A stretch of 50,347 bases of DNA from Campylobacterota bacterium (GCA_051746405.1 JBNJFB010000013.1:1-50347), one strand, 5' to 3'; positions 39,801 to 48,441 are shown, counted from the first letter of the stretch. The notes: a model not told the origin generated them from the letters alone. Numbers and translations: made by a program.

Positions 39801-40042
39801 AGTTTATAATTGGATTTAAAGTAGATGAGTTGGAAGATTATGATTTAAAATTGATTTTTAAATCACAGGTTACAGGTAATAAGTATAGTTTAAAGATTTT
39901 CTTAGAAGCAAAGGGTATTCATAAAATTGATAAAAATAGCTTTGATGGTTATTTTGTAAATTTAGAAAAGATGTTAGATAGTAGTGTAAAGAGTTCATAT
40001 ACTATAAATAAAAATAGCTTAGAAATAAAAATGGTTTTGTAA
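36803..40042 (+). CDS. CheB-CheR fusion with PAS domains, coiled coil and degenerate C-terminal kinase-like region
   Basis: CheB GASAGG/QHL/LSGTGSDG; CheR VTNFFRD, GCSTGEEAYS, ATDID, CRNMLIYF, LFLGKSE; (NEELQSx)n coil. Confidence 0.92.
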   Translation: MAKNNELVVVGIGASAGGLEALQVMLSDLADIKNCSYIIAQHLSPTHKSMMVDLLSRTANIPVCEAKNGMIIKPKTIYMTPENTDIYVKAGKIFLRNMEQSFGPKPSVNYFFNSLATSFGKRAIGVILSGTGSDGSFGIRTIKAEGGITIAQAPNTSKYDGMPHSAINTGKVDLVIPIDNLSNEIERIVKTIDSNFDIISNERLLQQIFRTIFDEKGVDFSLYKKSTVIRRIERRLAALKIESLSEYINILNSSKDEINNLYHDILIGVTNFFRDAKAFENLKDYIQLILSKKEQGEEIRFWSIGCSTGEEAYSIAIILSEALQDKISRYKIKIFATDIDEESLKIARTGVYSEASLEGVSKGIIQKYFSVQKNNFEVKKSIRELVVFSKHNIISDSPFLRLDLICCRNMLIYFDNELQKRFFPIVHYSLNDNGYLFLGKSESIGQHVDLFSVVDNSSKIFKAQFTGVKEPPRLYNYSGIHKSYEEPKVKDYRNEEELLEERVNEAISETILDKCVVINSSNDVIYIKGDIPYIKFNQGRMTNNIFKLISDTLSLDLRSSINEANKKKKIQYTPFRSVNVFEDIIKYVRVIVVPLKDDKSDDWMNILFFQGEEAVNIKGHVVSGEDESDVVEKLTLELDSTKSHLQNVIEELETSYEEMQSLNEELQSSNEELQSSNEELETTNEELQSTNEELQTAYSELRVLYEDKEKRAKQLEELTDKLSAKNEEYRKQKELTETIIDTATIAILMVDTNGVITFANNQAQLLFSLSKKELIGRNYDTKDWVIRNFDGSSFDENKLPFSVIKRTYEAVSDIKHVIQMSYNKLYLSVSGAPLFDVEGKFQGAVLSLENLTANEVLRSDLEHYENRMVNNKTNLNIANEDFDMLSLALVDITTDIRNSLNELVLVSNDLRGDVKNRSKLEAFDTRIGFVSTLLDEKLDFYLSKLKFKRTLIGLEIISMISLLKPVFENNSIEIDNRIDESIDFKISVKTARKTFYMLFEFIIGFKVDELEDYDLKLIFKSQVTGNKYSLKIFLEAKGIHKIDKNSFDGYFVNLEKMLDSSVKSSYTINKNSLEIKMVL
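38768..38893 (+). repeat. Six imperfect 21-bp tandem units encoding a heptad coiled coil
   Basis: Consensus aatgaagagttacaaagctca = NEELQSS; in frame within the CheB-CheR gene. Confidence 0.85.
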
Positions 40043-40043
40043 A

Positions 40044-42431
40044 ATGTTGAATCAAAATACAATAGCTGCTAGCATAATTTTTGATAGTAGTGTAAACTAT
40101 GATTTTTATAAAAATATTATAAAAAGATATGATATTATCTTAGATAGAAGAGTAGATTTATACTCTATTGAAAATAGTGTGGATATTATAAATAGTGATT
40201 TTGTATTTATTGATATATCACACAAACCTATTGTAAAAAAACTAAAGTATTTAAATATAAAAAGCAATACTAAAATAATAGTGGTATCCTCTTTTACTCA
40301 AAATTTTATAAAAATACCCCTTGAAATAAAAACAGACCTCTACCACTATTTTACAAAACCTTTAAAGGTTGAACTTCTAAAGAAGAGTTTAGAGTCCCTT
40401 TTATATCAGATAAAAAGATATAAATTTTTAGAGAATAAAGAGTCCATACTAATGGATTTAGTTGATAAATCACCTTTTTGCATGGCTGTTTATAACGTGC
40501 AGGGCAATTTAATATATGCAAATAAAAGTTATGTAAATGTTGAAAATTTAGATTTTGTTTCAAAAAAAAGAAACTTTAACTCAATCTCAAGTTGTAAGTT
40601 GAACTTTAAAGAGATAGTACACAATTTAAAAAAAGTAAATACCTTAAAGCAGGAGTATGAGAGTATAAAGCACAACTATGTATCATACTTCTATTTTATT
40701 GAAAGTCAAAACTATATTGTTGATATAAGTTTTGATATAAGTAAGCAAATAAGGGATATACAAGAGCTTAAAAAGAGTGCTTTCTTTTTTGAAGAGAGTA
40801 GTGAGGGTGTAGTAATTACAGATGAAAATGGCAATATACTTACAGTTAATAGTGCATTTTGCAAGATTACAGGTTATACTAAAGATGAGGTAATTGGCCA
40901 GTCCACAAGCATCTTATCATCTGGGATACATGATAAAAACTTCTATGAAAACTTATGGGATAATTTGAAATATCATGGTAAGTGGCAAGGGGAAGTTTGG
41001 AATAAAAGAAAAAATGGTGAAATTTATCCTGAGTGGCTTTCAATAACAAAAATAAATAGTGAAGATGATGAAGTTAATTATATGGCACTTTTTACTGATA
41101 TCTCATCAATAAAAGAAGCAGATAAAAAGTTACACTTTTATGCAAAACATGACCATTTAACAGGACTTTTAAATAAGGTACAGTTTGAAGTAATGTTAAA
41201 CAACTGTATAAATAGGGCAAAACGAAATGGAAATATGTTTGCACTAATGTTTATTGATTTAGATAAATTCAAAGAGATAAATGATTCCCATGGACATGAT
41301 GTGGGAGATATAGTTTTAAAAACAATTGCATCTAGAATACAAAAGGTTTTAAGAAAAGAGGATGTTGTATCTAGAATTGGTGGTGATGAGTTTAATGTAT
41401 TAATTGATAATATAAAAGATTTTGATGATGCAATATTAATAGGTCAAAAAATAAATGATGAAGTAAAAAAAGAGGTAAAAGTAGAGAATAAAGGTTTTTT
41501 CTTAAGTTTATCTATTGGTATTAGTGTATTTCCTGAACATGGACAAAATAGTAGTGAACTTATTAAAAATGCAGATGCTACAATGTATGAGGTTAAAAAC
41601 TCAGGTAGAAATGGAGTAATGATTTATAATTATGAGTTTACAAGAGTTTTAGAAAGAAAGTTAGGGCTACAAAGTAGTTTAAAAAATGCAATTAAAAATG
41701 ATGACTTTCAGTTATATTATCAGCCAATTATATGTTTTAAAACAGATAGGATAGTTGGAGCCGAGGCTTTAATTAGATGGTATGACAAAGAGTCAAAAGG
41801 TTTTGTGCCACCTGATGTATTTATTCCTTTTGCAGAAGAGAATGGTTTAATTGATGCAGTTGGAGAGTTTGTTGTAAAAAAAGCATTTGAAGACTTAATG
41901 ATTTTACTAAATAGTTTTGGAAAAGAGTTTAAACTCTCAATAAACGTATCTTCAAAAGAGTTTTTTAGTGAAAACTATATTGAAAACTTTTTACAAAAGT
42001 GTGAAGATTTTACAATAAAACCATCAAATATCGAGCTTGAAATAACTGAAACTCATATTATGAAAAACCATTCTGATGCAATAAAAAAGTTTGAACTTTT
42101 AAAAAAGAGTGGTTACTCATTAGCAATTGATGATTTTGGTACTGGCTACTCATCTCTTGCATATTTAAAACTGTTTCCAATAGATAAACTAAAGATTGAT
42201 AAGTCATTTGTACAAGACCTTTTAGATGATAATGATGATAGAAATATTGTAGAAACAATTGTATCAATGTCAAAAAACTTTAATTTTTTAGTTCAAGCAG
42301 AGGGTGTTGAGTCAAAAGAGCATGAGAATATTCTAAAAGAGTTGGCATGTGATATGGCTCAAGGTTACTTCTATAGCAAGCCATTGCCTTTAGAAGAGTT
42401 TTTACTTTTAAAAGGTGAATATTATGAATGA
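40044..42431 (+). CDS. (pseudo-REC)-PAS-PAS-GGDEF-EAL c-di-GMP enzyme
   Basis: DHLTGL, FIDLDKFKEINDSHGHDVGD, RKED I-site plus RIGGDEF, EALIRW, ELEITE, DDFGTGYSSL, AEGVE, QGYFYSKP. Confidence 0.94.
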   Translation: MLNQNTIAASIIFDSSVNYDFYKNIIKRYDIILDRRVDLYSIENSVDIINSDFVFIDISHKPIVKKLKYLNIKSNTKIIVVSSFTQNFIKIPLEIKTDLYHYFTKPLKVELLKKSLESLLYQIKRYKFLENKESILMDLVDKSPFCMAVYNVQGNLIYANKSYVNVENLDFVSKKRNFNSISSCKLNFKEIVHNLKKVNTLKQEYESIKHNYVSYFYFIESQNYIVDISFDISKQIRDIQELKKSAFFFEESSEGVVITDENGNILTVNSAFCKITGYTKDEVIGQSTSILSSGIHDKNFYENLWDNLKYHGKWQGEVWNKRKNGEIYPEWLSITKINSEDDEVNYMALFTDISSIKEADKKLHFYAKHDHLTGLLNKVQFEVMLNNCINRAKRNGNMFALMFIDLDKFKEINDSHGHDVGDIVLKTIASRIQKVLRKEDVVSRIGGDEFNVLIDNIKDFDDAILIGQKINDEVKKEVKVENKGFFLSLSIGISVFPEHGQNSSELIKNADATMYEVKNSGRNGVMIYNYEFTRVLERKLGLQSSLKNAIKNDDFQLYYQPIICFKTDRIVGAEALIRWYDKESKGFVPPDVFIPFAEENGLIDAVGEFVVKKAFEDLMILLNSFGKEFKLSINVSSKEFFSENYIENFLQKCEDFTIKPSNIELEITETHIMKNHSDAIKKFELLKKSGYSLAIDDFGTGYSSLAYLKLFPIDKLKIDKSFVQDLLDDNDDRNIVETIVSMSKNFNFLVQAEGVESKEHENILKELACDMAQGYFYSKPLPLEEFLLLKGEYYE

Positions 42432-43488
42432 TATGGATTTTAATAAACTAAAAATTTCAAAAGCTACTTTAAATAGTTTGATTAGATATAAAACTGAGAT
42501 ATTGATTGATGTTCATGAGGAAATTTTAAAAAATGATTTGCTTTTAGTAAAAGAGTCTTTGCTTTTGATTAACGATACAGAGCTACACTATATTTTAAAG
42601 TATCATGAAAAAGTGGTAATAAACTTTTTTTATTTTAATGAAAATAATATTTTGAAGAACTACTTATTTTGGCTTTATAGGGTGTACTATACAAGAGGAG
42701 TTGATTTAGATTTTTTAGTAATTATTTATAAAACTTGGAAGAAGTGTTTTTTAAGATATCTAAGTAAAGTTAATAGCTATGAGTTAAATCTATTTTATGA
42801 TGTTTTAATTGAAAATCATAATAAAATTGAACTAGAAGCTTTAAAACATACTAGATTTGATGTTAATAAAGAGGTTGAAACTATATATAATCTTTTGGTT
42901 GATAATAAAGAGGAAGAGGTGAAGCAAATAATAAAGCTTAGTTCAAACTCTTTAGATGAGTTTATAGATTTTTTTAGCTCAAAACTTGTAGTAGCTTTAC
43001 AAAAAGTTGGTTTTATGTGGGAAGTTTCAAAATTAAGTGTTGCTAAAGAGCATATTTCAAGTCATATTGTTGAAAAACTATGTTTAGAAAAACTTGATGA
43101 GTTTGTAGGTGAGGAGTCAAAATCAAAAATTGTGCTTTTAACAAATGCACCAAATGAGTATCACAGCATGGGACTTAAAATAGTTTCAAAAATATTAGAA
43201 AAGAAAGGTTATGATGTGTCAATGTTAAAAAATACAGATAGCCTTAAAAAAGATATTACAAAGGCTATTCACAATTTTGATGTTGACTATATAATGTTTG
43301 GAATATCTCTTAGTATAAGCCTTTATGAAGTAGTTAAGATAGTTGAGTCGTTAAATGAAGATAAAAATCATAAAAAGTTTGAAATAGTAGTTGGTGGAAA
43401 TGCTTGTAAGCTTTTAAAAGAACCAGCAAAAGCTCTAAAAGCAGATATCTACTTGGAAGATATCCACAGTATTATTAATTTTTTCTAA
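42424..43488 (+). CDS. Stand-alone cobalamin-binding protein (CarH-type cap plus Rossmann) with helical N-terminal domain
   Basis: VGFMW-EVSKLSVAK-EH (W-x9-EH), EYHSMG (ExHxxG), GISL, VVGG. Start set at ATG 42424 behind AAGGTG, overlapping the upstream stop. Confidence 0.85.
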   Translation: MNDMDFNKLKISKATLNSLIRYKTEILIDVHEEILKNDLLLVKESLLLINDTELHYILKYHEKVVINFFYFNENNILKNYLFWLYRVYYTRGVDLDFLVIIYKTWKKCFLRYLSKVNSYELNLFYDVLIENHNKIELEALKHTRFDVNKEVETIYNLLVDNKEEEVKQIIKLSSNSLDEFIDFFSSKLVVALQKVGFMWEVSKLSVAKEHISSHIVEKLCLEKLDEFVGEESKSKIVLLTNAPNEYHSMGLKIVSKILEKKGYDVSMLKNTDSLKKDITKAIHNFDVDYIMFGISLSISLYEVVKIVESLNEDKNHKKFEIVVGGNACKLLKEPAKALKADIYLEDIHSIINFF

Positions 43489-43501
43489 TACTAACTTTTA
43501 T

Positions 43502-44242
43502 TTAGTCTATTTCATTATAAAACATTTCATCATATTTTTGAAGGTTACTATTTTTTATTAAATTTCCCAAAATCTCTAAATAGTTATGACCTATTCCTGA
43601 ATACTTTAACATGGTTTGAGATAGTTTCAATCCATTTGGTAATTGATTTTGCTCCCTTTGTTTATATCTTAAGTTTTGAAACTCTTTGTATGCATTGTTT
43701 CTATTTAGATTAAGCATATAAGCACTAATAGAGTCTTGGATAGTTTTGAAGATTCTAATATAGTGAGTTGCATCTTCATCTCTACTAAGTGGCATCATTC
43801 CTATTTGTGGATTATATGTCCAGTGTCCAAATACATTGTTTGCTTCTTTTATAAATCTACTTTTACCCCAGCCACTCTCAACAGCAGCTTGTGCTAGTGC
43901 CATAGATGGGGGTATTACATCTATTTTTTTTAAGTAAACATCTACTGATAAAAGTTTGTCTATTTTATATTTCTCTTTTATTTCAAGAAGTTTTTCAAAG
44001 TTTGGTGAATCAAAATTTATGGATAAAATATTTTTATTTAAAAAACTTTTTATGAACTCTCTTTCTTTTAAAATCTTTTTATTCTCATTTTTTATTAACT
44101 CATAAAAGTAGTTATAAAAATACTCTTTTCTATCTTCAGTAGCATTTATCTTATAATACTCTTGTGGAAGTGCTGCTTTTAAATTAAATGCAAAAGTAGT
44201 AAACAGTAGTGCGCTTATTGTAAATATCTTAAAGCTAAACAT
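43502..44242 (-). CDS. Bax-like glucosaminidase-domain (GH73) exported protein
   Basis: IPPSMALAQAAVESGWGKSRF, NNVFG, YMLNLN, YS. Confidence 0.88.
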   Translation of the reverse strand: MFSFKIFTISALLFTTFAFNLKAALPQEYYKINATEDRKEYFYNYFYELIKNENKKILKEREFIKSFLNKNILSINFDSPNFEKLLEIKEKYKIDKLLSVDVYLKKIDVIPPSMALAQAAVESGWGKSRFIKEANNVFGHWTYNPQIGMMPLSRDEDATHYIRIFKTIQDSISAYMLNLNRNNAYKEFQNLRYKQREQNQLPNGLKLSQTMLKYSGIGHNYLEILGNLIKNSNLQKYDEMFYNEID

Positions 44243-44244
44243 AA

Positions 44245-44982
44245 CTATATACTCGTACTAAAGATTTTTTTAACAGCACCTTCAAAATAGATTTTATCTT
44301 CTATTTTTGAAATTGTTAACTTCTCATTGCTTTTTGGGTAAGCTATAGCTTGAGTTTCAACTAATCCTAAATCTAAACTTCTTAAAAAGCAAGCAACCAT
44401 CCCTGTACCACAGGCTAAAGTCTCTGCTTCAACCCCTCTTTCATAAGTTCTTACAAAAAGGTTACCGTTTTGTATCTTTGCAAAATTTACATTAGCATTG
44501 TACTCATTTCTCATTTTTTGTGATAAGTTATGGTCATACTGTTGTAAATCATCTACAAGAGTAACTAAGTGAGGAACTCCTGTATCAATTAAATGCCATG
44601 TAAAACCATCTTGTTCAAATGAGTCTTTTATAACCTTTGGAGTAGTCATTTGTGTTTTTACAATACTATCTTTCACTTTTGATTCAATAAGTCCAGCTTG
44701 TGTTAAAAACTTCATTTCATTAGATGCTAAACCGTTATTGTAAGCATAGTGTGCAACTGCTCTTGTTGCATTTCCACACATGGATGCAACACTACCATCG
44801 CTATTATAAAAAAGCCATTTAAAATCAGCTTCATTACTTGGAATAAGTGCGACTAAGCCATCAGCACCTATGCCTTCATTTCTGTTGCATAACTCTATAG
44901 CTTTTTTAGAGTAGTCTTTTTCTAAAAAAGTATGAAAAATTACAAAGTCATTTCCACTTGCACTATATTTAGTGTATGTCAT
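44245..44982 (-). CDS. dapF: Diaminopimelate epimerase
   Basis: SGNDF, GIGADG, NSDGSVASMCGN, TGVPH, RTYERGVEAETLACGTG. Confidence 0.95.
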   Translation of the reverse strand: MTYTKYSASGNDFVIFHTFLEKDYSKKAIELCNRNEGIGADGLVALIPSNEADFKWLFYNSDGSVASMCGNATRAVAHYAYNNGLASNEMKFLTQAGLIESKVKDSIVKTQMTTPKVIKDSFEQDGFTWHLIDTGVPHLVTLVDDLQQYDHNLSQKMRNEYNANVNFAKIQNGNLFVRTYERGVEAETLACGTGMVACFLRSLDLGLVETQAIAYPKSNEKLTISKIEDKIYFEGAVKKIFSTSI

Positions 44983-45572
44983 AAAATCTCTCCTATTACT
45001 CTTTCAACTTCTTTTTGAAGATTTTTTAAATCTTTTGAGTTATCAATAACTATATCAGCTAAACTCTTCTTTTTTTCAATATCCCATTGGTTTGAAATTT
45101 TTAACAAAGCTTCATCTTTAGTTATATTATCTCTTTTCATTAATCTTTTTACTTGTATATCTTTTGGAGTATAAACCACAAGGGATCTTGGTATTGGATA
45201 GTGCATTTTTTCAAAAAATAGAGGAATATCTATAAGATATGGTTTGTTTTGTTCTTCAAAAAGCCTAGATTTTTTTACAATCTCATCTTTTATTAGAGGG
45301 TGAAGCAAGGCTTCAAGCTTTAGTTTATTTTCTTCATTTGAAAATATTATTTTACCTAACTCTTTTCTAATTACTTTACCGTCTTTATCAATATATTGAT
45401 TTCCAAACATTTTGGCAACCTTTGATGAGTTCTCATCTAAAAGCTTGTGTGCTATTTCATCAGCATCTATAATCAAAAAACCATGTAATTTAAAAAGATT
45501 ACAAACAGTACTTTTGCCAGTTGATATACCACCTGTTAAGGCTATTGCATTTTTAAATAAATCATTATTCAT
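44979..45572 (-). CDS. coaE: Dephospho-CoA kinase
   Basis: LTGGISTGKST, IDADEIAH, LLHPLI, DIPLFFE, ADIVIDN. Confidence 0.95.
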   Translation of the reverse strand: MNNDLFKNAIALTGGISTGKSTVCNLFKLHGFLIIDADEIAHKLLDENSSKVAKMFGNQYIDKDGKVIRKELGKIIFSNEENKLKLEALLHPLIKDEIVKKSRLFEEQNKPYLIDIPLFFEKMHYPIPRSLVVYTPKDIQVKRLMKRDNITKDEALLKISNQWDIEKKKSLADIVIDNSKDLKNLQKEVERVIGEIL

Positions 45573-45618
45573 AAAACAATTGTACTATAATAATGATTTA
45601 TTTATATTTAATCGTGTT

Positions 45619-46164
45619 TTATCTTCTTGCTATACCTGTAAGCTCTTTATGTTCGCAAGCAGGAAAAATAAAGCAAGCAGAGTGAATCTCTGTTGAGTAG
45701 TACTCTAAATCATCAAGCAAATCTGATCTTTGTAGAATAATATCTGCTGTTGGATGGTATCTTTTAGAGGCTAAAATAGCTGTTTCATGACCAAATCTAT
45801 AAGGCATTGCAATCCAGAATTTTTGACCAATTAAATTTAAATCAGCTTTTAACTCTTCTTTATTTTTGAAAAAAGGTGTAGTAGCAAATGATATTACTCC
45901 ATCATCTTTTAAAACTTTTTCTATATTTGCTAATAACAACTCATCAGGTTTAACATCTGTGAAAATTATTACATCTATATCTTTTTCATTTTTAGATGCT
46001 AAAAGTGATTTATCTCCAAACTCAACATTTGAAGTATAGTTGTGTTTAGCAACTTGGTTTCTTAAATCTTCATCTGCACTTCCTATAACTAGCACGTTTG
46101 AAGGCTCTTTGTGTGTACACAATGGTACATGTACTATCATCTCATTAAAATTCTTGTTACTCAT
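45619..46164 (-). CDS. Short, degenerate spermidine synthase-like protein
   Basis: EMIVHVPLCTHKEPSNVLVIG, LASKRYHP, LEYYSTEIHSACFIFP are SpeE-like; the N-terminal beta domain and GGGDG motif are missing. Confidence 0.75.
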   Translation of the reverse strand: MSNKNFNEMIVHVPLCTHKEPSNVLVIGSADEDLRNQVAKHNYTSNVEFGDKSLLASKNEKDIDVIIFTDVKPDELLLANIEKVLKDDGVISFATTPFFKNKEELKADLNLIGQKFWIAMPYRFGHETAILASKRYHPTADIILQRSDLLDDLEYYSTEIHSACFIFPACEHKELTGIARR

Positions 46165-46262
46165 AATAAAAAATCCTTAATATTTATAAACATTTTGTTA
46201 TAATACCAAAAAAATTTTAAACTAAGTTAGTGTAAAACAAAACAAGTGAAAAAAGGTGTAAA

Positions 46263-47258
46263 ATGGCAACAGTTAGTTACAAAGATGCAGGTGTAGATAT
46301 TGATGCGGGAAATCAGTTTGTAGAAAATATCAAGCCACATGTGAAATCAACTATGATACCAGGGGTTCTTGGAGGAATTGGTTCATTTGCAGGTGCATTT
46401 GAACTACCAACTGGATATAAAAATCCTGTTTTACTTTCAGGAACAGATGGAGTTGGAACAAAACTAAAATTAGCAATTGATTCAAAAAAGTTTGATACTG
46501 TAGGAATTGATTTAGTTGCCATGTGTACAAATGATTTACTTTGTAACTTTGGAGAGCCACTATTTTTCCTAGACTATTATGCAACTGCAAAACTTGAAGT
46601 AGATGCTGCAAGTGATGTTGTAAAAGGTATTGCCCAAGGTTGTATTCAATCTGAGTGTGCTCTAGTTGGAGGTGAAACAGCTGAAATGCCAGGAATGTAC
46701 AAGGAAGGTGATTTTGATTTAGCTGGTTTTTGTGTAGGTATTGCAGAAAAAGATGAGTTAAATAGAGTTGAGAAAATACAAGAGGGTGATACACTTATTG
46801 CTCTTCCAAGCTCGGGAATCCACTCAAATGGTTTTTCACTTGTAAGAAAGCTTTTATTAGAAAAGTTAGAGATGTCTTTAGATGATGACTTTGAGGGTAA
46901 ACCTTTAAAAGAGGTATTATTAGAACCAACTAGAATCTATGTAAAAGAGTTCAAAGCTAACAAAGACAATATTAATGCCCTAGCACATATCACAGGTGGA
47001 GGTATTACAGAAAACCTTCCAAGAGTTCTACCTGAAAATTTAAAAGCAGTTGTTAATAGAAGCAAAATAAAAACACTACCAATCTTTGATTTTATGTCTA
47101 ATCATGTTGAGCTAGAAGAGATGTATAGAACATTTAATATGGGTGTAGGTATGGTACTTGTAGTAAACCCTAAAAAAGTAAATGCAATTCTTGAAAATAC
47201 AGATGGATATGTTATTGGAGAGATACAAGCTGGTAAAAAAGGCGTAGAGTTTATATAA
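46263..47258 (+). CDS. purM: Phosphoribosylformylglycinamidine cyclo-ligase (AIR synthetase)
   Basis: YKDAGVDI, TDGVGTK, GGETAEMPG, SSGIHSNG, HITGGG, TFNMGVG. Confidence 0.97.
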   Translation: MATVSYKDAGVDIDAGNQFVENIKPHVKSTMIPGVLGGIGSFAGAFELPTGYKNPVLLSGTDGVGTKLKLAIDSKKFDTVGIDLVAMCTNDLLCNFGEPLFFLDYYATAKLEVDAASDVVKGIAQGCIQSECALVGGETAEMPGMYKEGDFDLAGFCVGIAEKDELNRVEKIQEGDTLIALPSSGIHSNGFSLVRKLLLEKLEMSLDDDFEGKPLKEVLLEPTRIYVKEFKANKDNINALAHITGGGITENLPRVLPENLKAVVNRSKIKTLPIFDFMSNHVELEEMYRTFNMGVGMVLVVNPKKVNAILENTDGYVIGEIQAGKKGVEFI

Positions 47259-47280
47259 AAGGTAAGAAAACTTACCTTTT
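47257..47280. terminator. Bidirectional terminator overlapping the ends of both convergent genes
   Basis: AAAAGGTAAG-AAAA-CTTACCTTTT perfect 10-bp stem. Confidence 0.7.
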
Positions 47281-48297
47281 ATTATTATAATACCTTAAAA
47301 TATCAACTACTTTAGAAGCATATCCCCACTCATTATCGTACCAAACTAATAGTTTTATCATTTTTTTGTTTTTTACATCTGTATATCTATGGTCTATTAT
47401 AGTTGTTTTATTCTGTTTTTTAAAATCACTTGATACTAATGGCTCAAAGTTGTTTAGAACGATTTTAAAGTTTTGATTCTCTTCATATTTTTTGAATATA
47501 TCTATAATCTCTTCTTTTGTTGAGTCCTCTTTTGTAAACAAAGTTACATTTATAGCTCCAACTGTATCTGTTGGAACTCTTAGTGAGTTTGATGAGATTA
47601 AATCATGGTTGATTTTTGGCATAGCAAAGGAGCATGCTTTTATGGTTGTTGTATTATTTGGTATGATATTTTGAGTAGCTGACCTTCCAAACTCAAAGTT
47701 ATAGTCAACATCTCTTGTGGCACTTCCTACAAAGTTGCCATCTAATACTCTTTGATGGTTTAAAAGTGGATGAATTGTAGCTATATCTCCACATATAATC
47801 TGTTTTTTATCATCAACTATTTTAAGTGCAGGAAGTAGGGCACTTGCATTACATGAACTAGTTGATATAATCTTATGAGTTTTTGTATTTAGCTTTTGTT
47901 CATTTACGCCTAATACTAGATTTATGTGTGCATCTTTATTTGCATGGGTTAAAAATGTTGCTTTTACATCTAGTTTACTTAAGGCTTTAATATCCTCTTT
48001 AACTCCACTTGCATCAATTATATAGTCAATATTTTTTAAATCAATATTAAAAAGTGATTTATGATTATAAATCTTAATTTTGCTTTGGGAGTTTTCTATA
48101 CTGTTTTTATCTATGACTTTAAATCTATCTTCAAGGTTTCCATAAGTTGAATCATAGTTTATAGAGTAAACAATATTTTCAATATATGGGTTTATCTCAT
48201 TTATTGCAACTATTTCAAAGTTATTATCCCCTTGAAGTTGTTTGAGTATAGCTTTTCCAATGCGTCCTACTCCATTTAGTAGTACTGTTTTTTTCAT
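47272..48297 (-). CDS. Divergent GAPDH/erythrose-4-phosphate dehydrogenase family protein
   Basis: NGVGRIG, VAINE, YDSTYG, LGVN, SSCNA (catalytic Cys), TIH, RVPT, VSSDF, WYDNEWGY. Confidence 0.85.
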   Translation of the reverse strand: MKKTVLLNGVGRIGKAILKQLQGDNNFEIVAINEINPYIENIVYSINYDSTYGNLEDRFKVIDKNSIENSQSKIKIYNHKSLFNIDLKNIDYIIDASGVKEDIKALSKLDVKATFLTHANKDAHINLVLGVNEQKLNTKTHKIISTSSCNASALLPALKIVDDKKQIICGDIATIHPLLNHQRVLDGNFVGSATRDVDYNFEFGRSATQNIIPNNTTTIKACSFAMPKINHDLISSNSLRVPTDTVGAINVTLFTKEDSTKEEIIDIFKKYEENQNFKIVLNNFEPLVSSDFKKQNKTTIIDHRYTDVKNKKMIKLLVWYDNEWGYASKVVDILRYYNNKR

Positions 48298-48441
48298 ATT
48301 TTATTTAGACCTATCTTAAATTTTTTGATATCTTATCACACTTTTGATTATCTTGATATTATTAAAGAAAATAAATTTCCTTTTAATTGAAATTCATGTA
48401 AAATTATTTGTTTAAAAATAAATATATTATAAGGGAATGTT

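Noticed and set aside
48325..48358. TTGAT-containing motifs between the gap-like and MCP genes as an FNR box
   Set aside because: Spacing is TTGAT-N5-ATCAC rather than N4-ATCAA, and such motifs arise easily in AT-rich DNA
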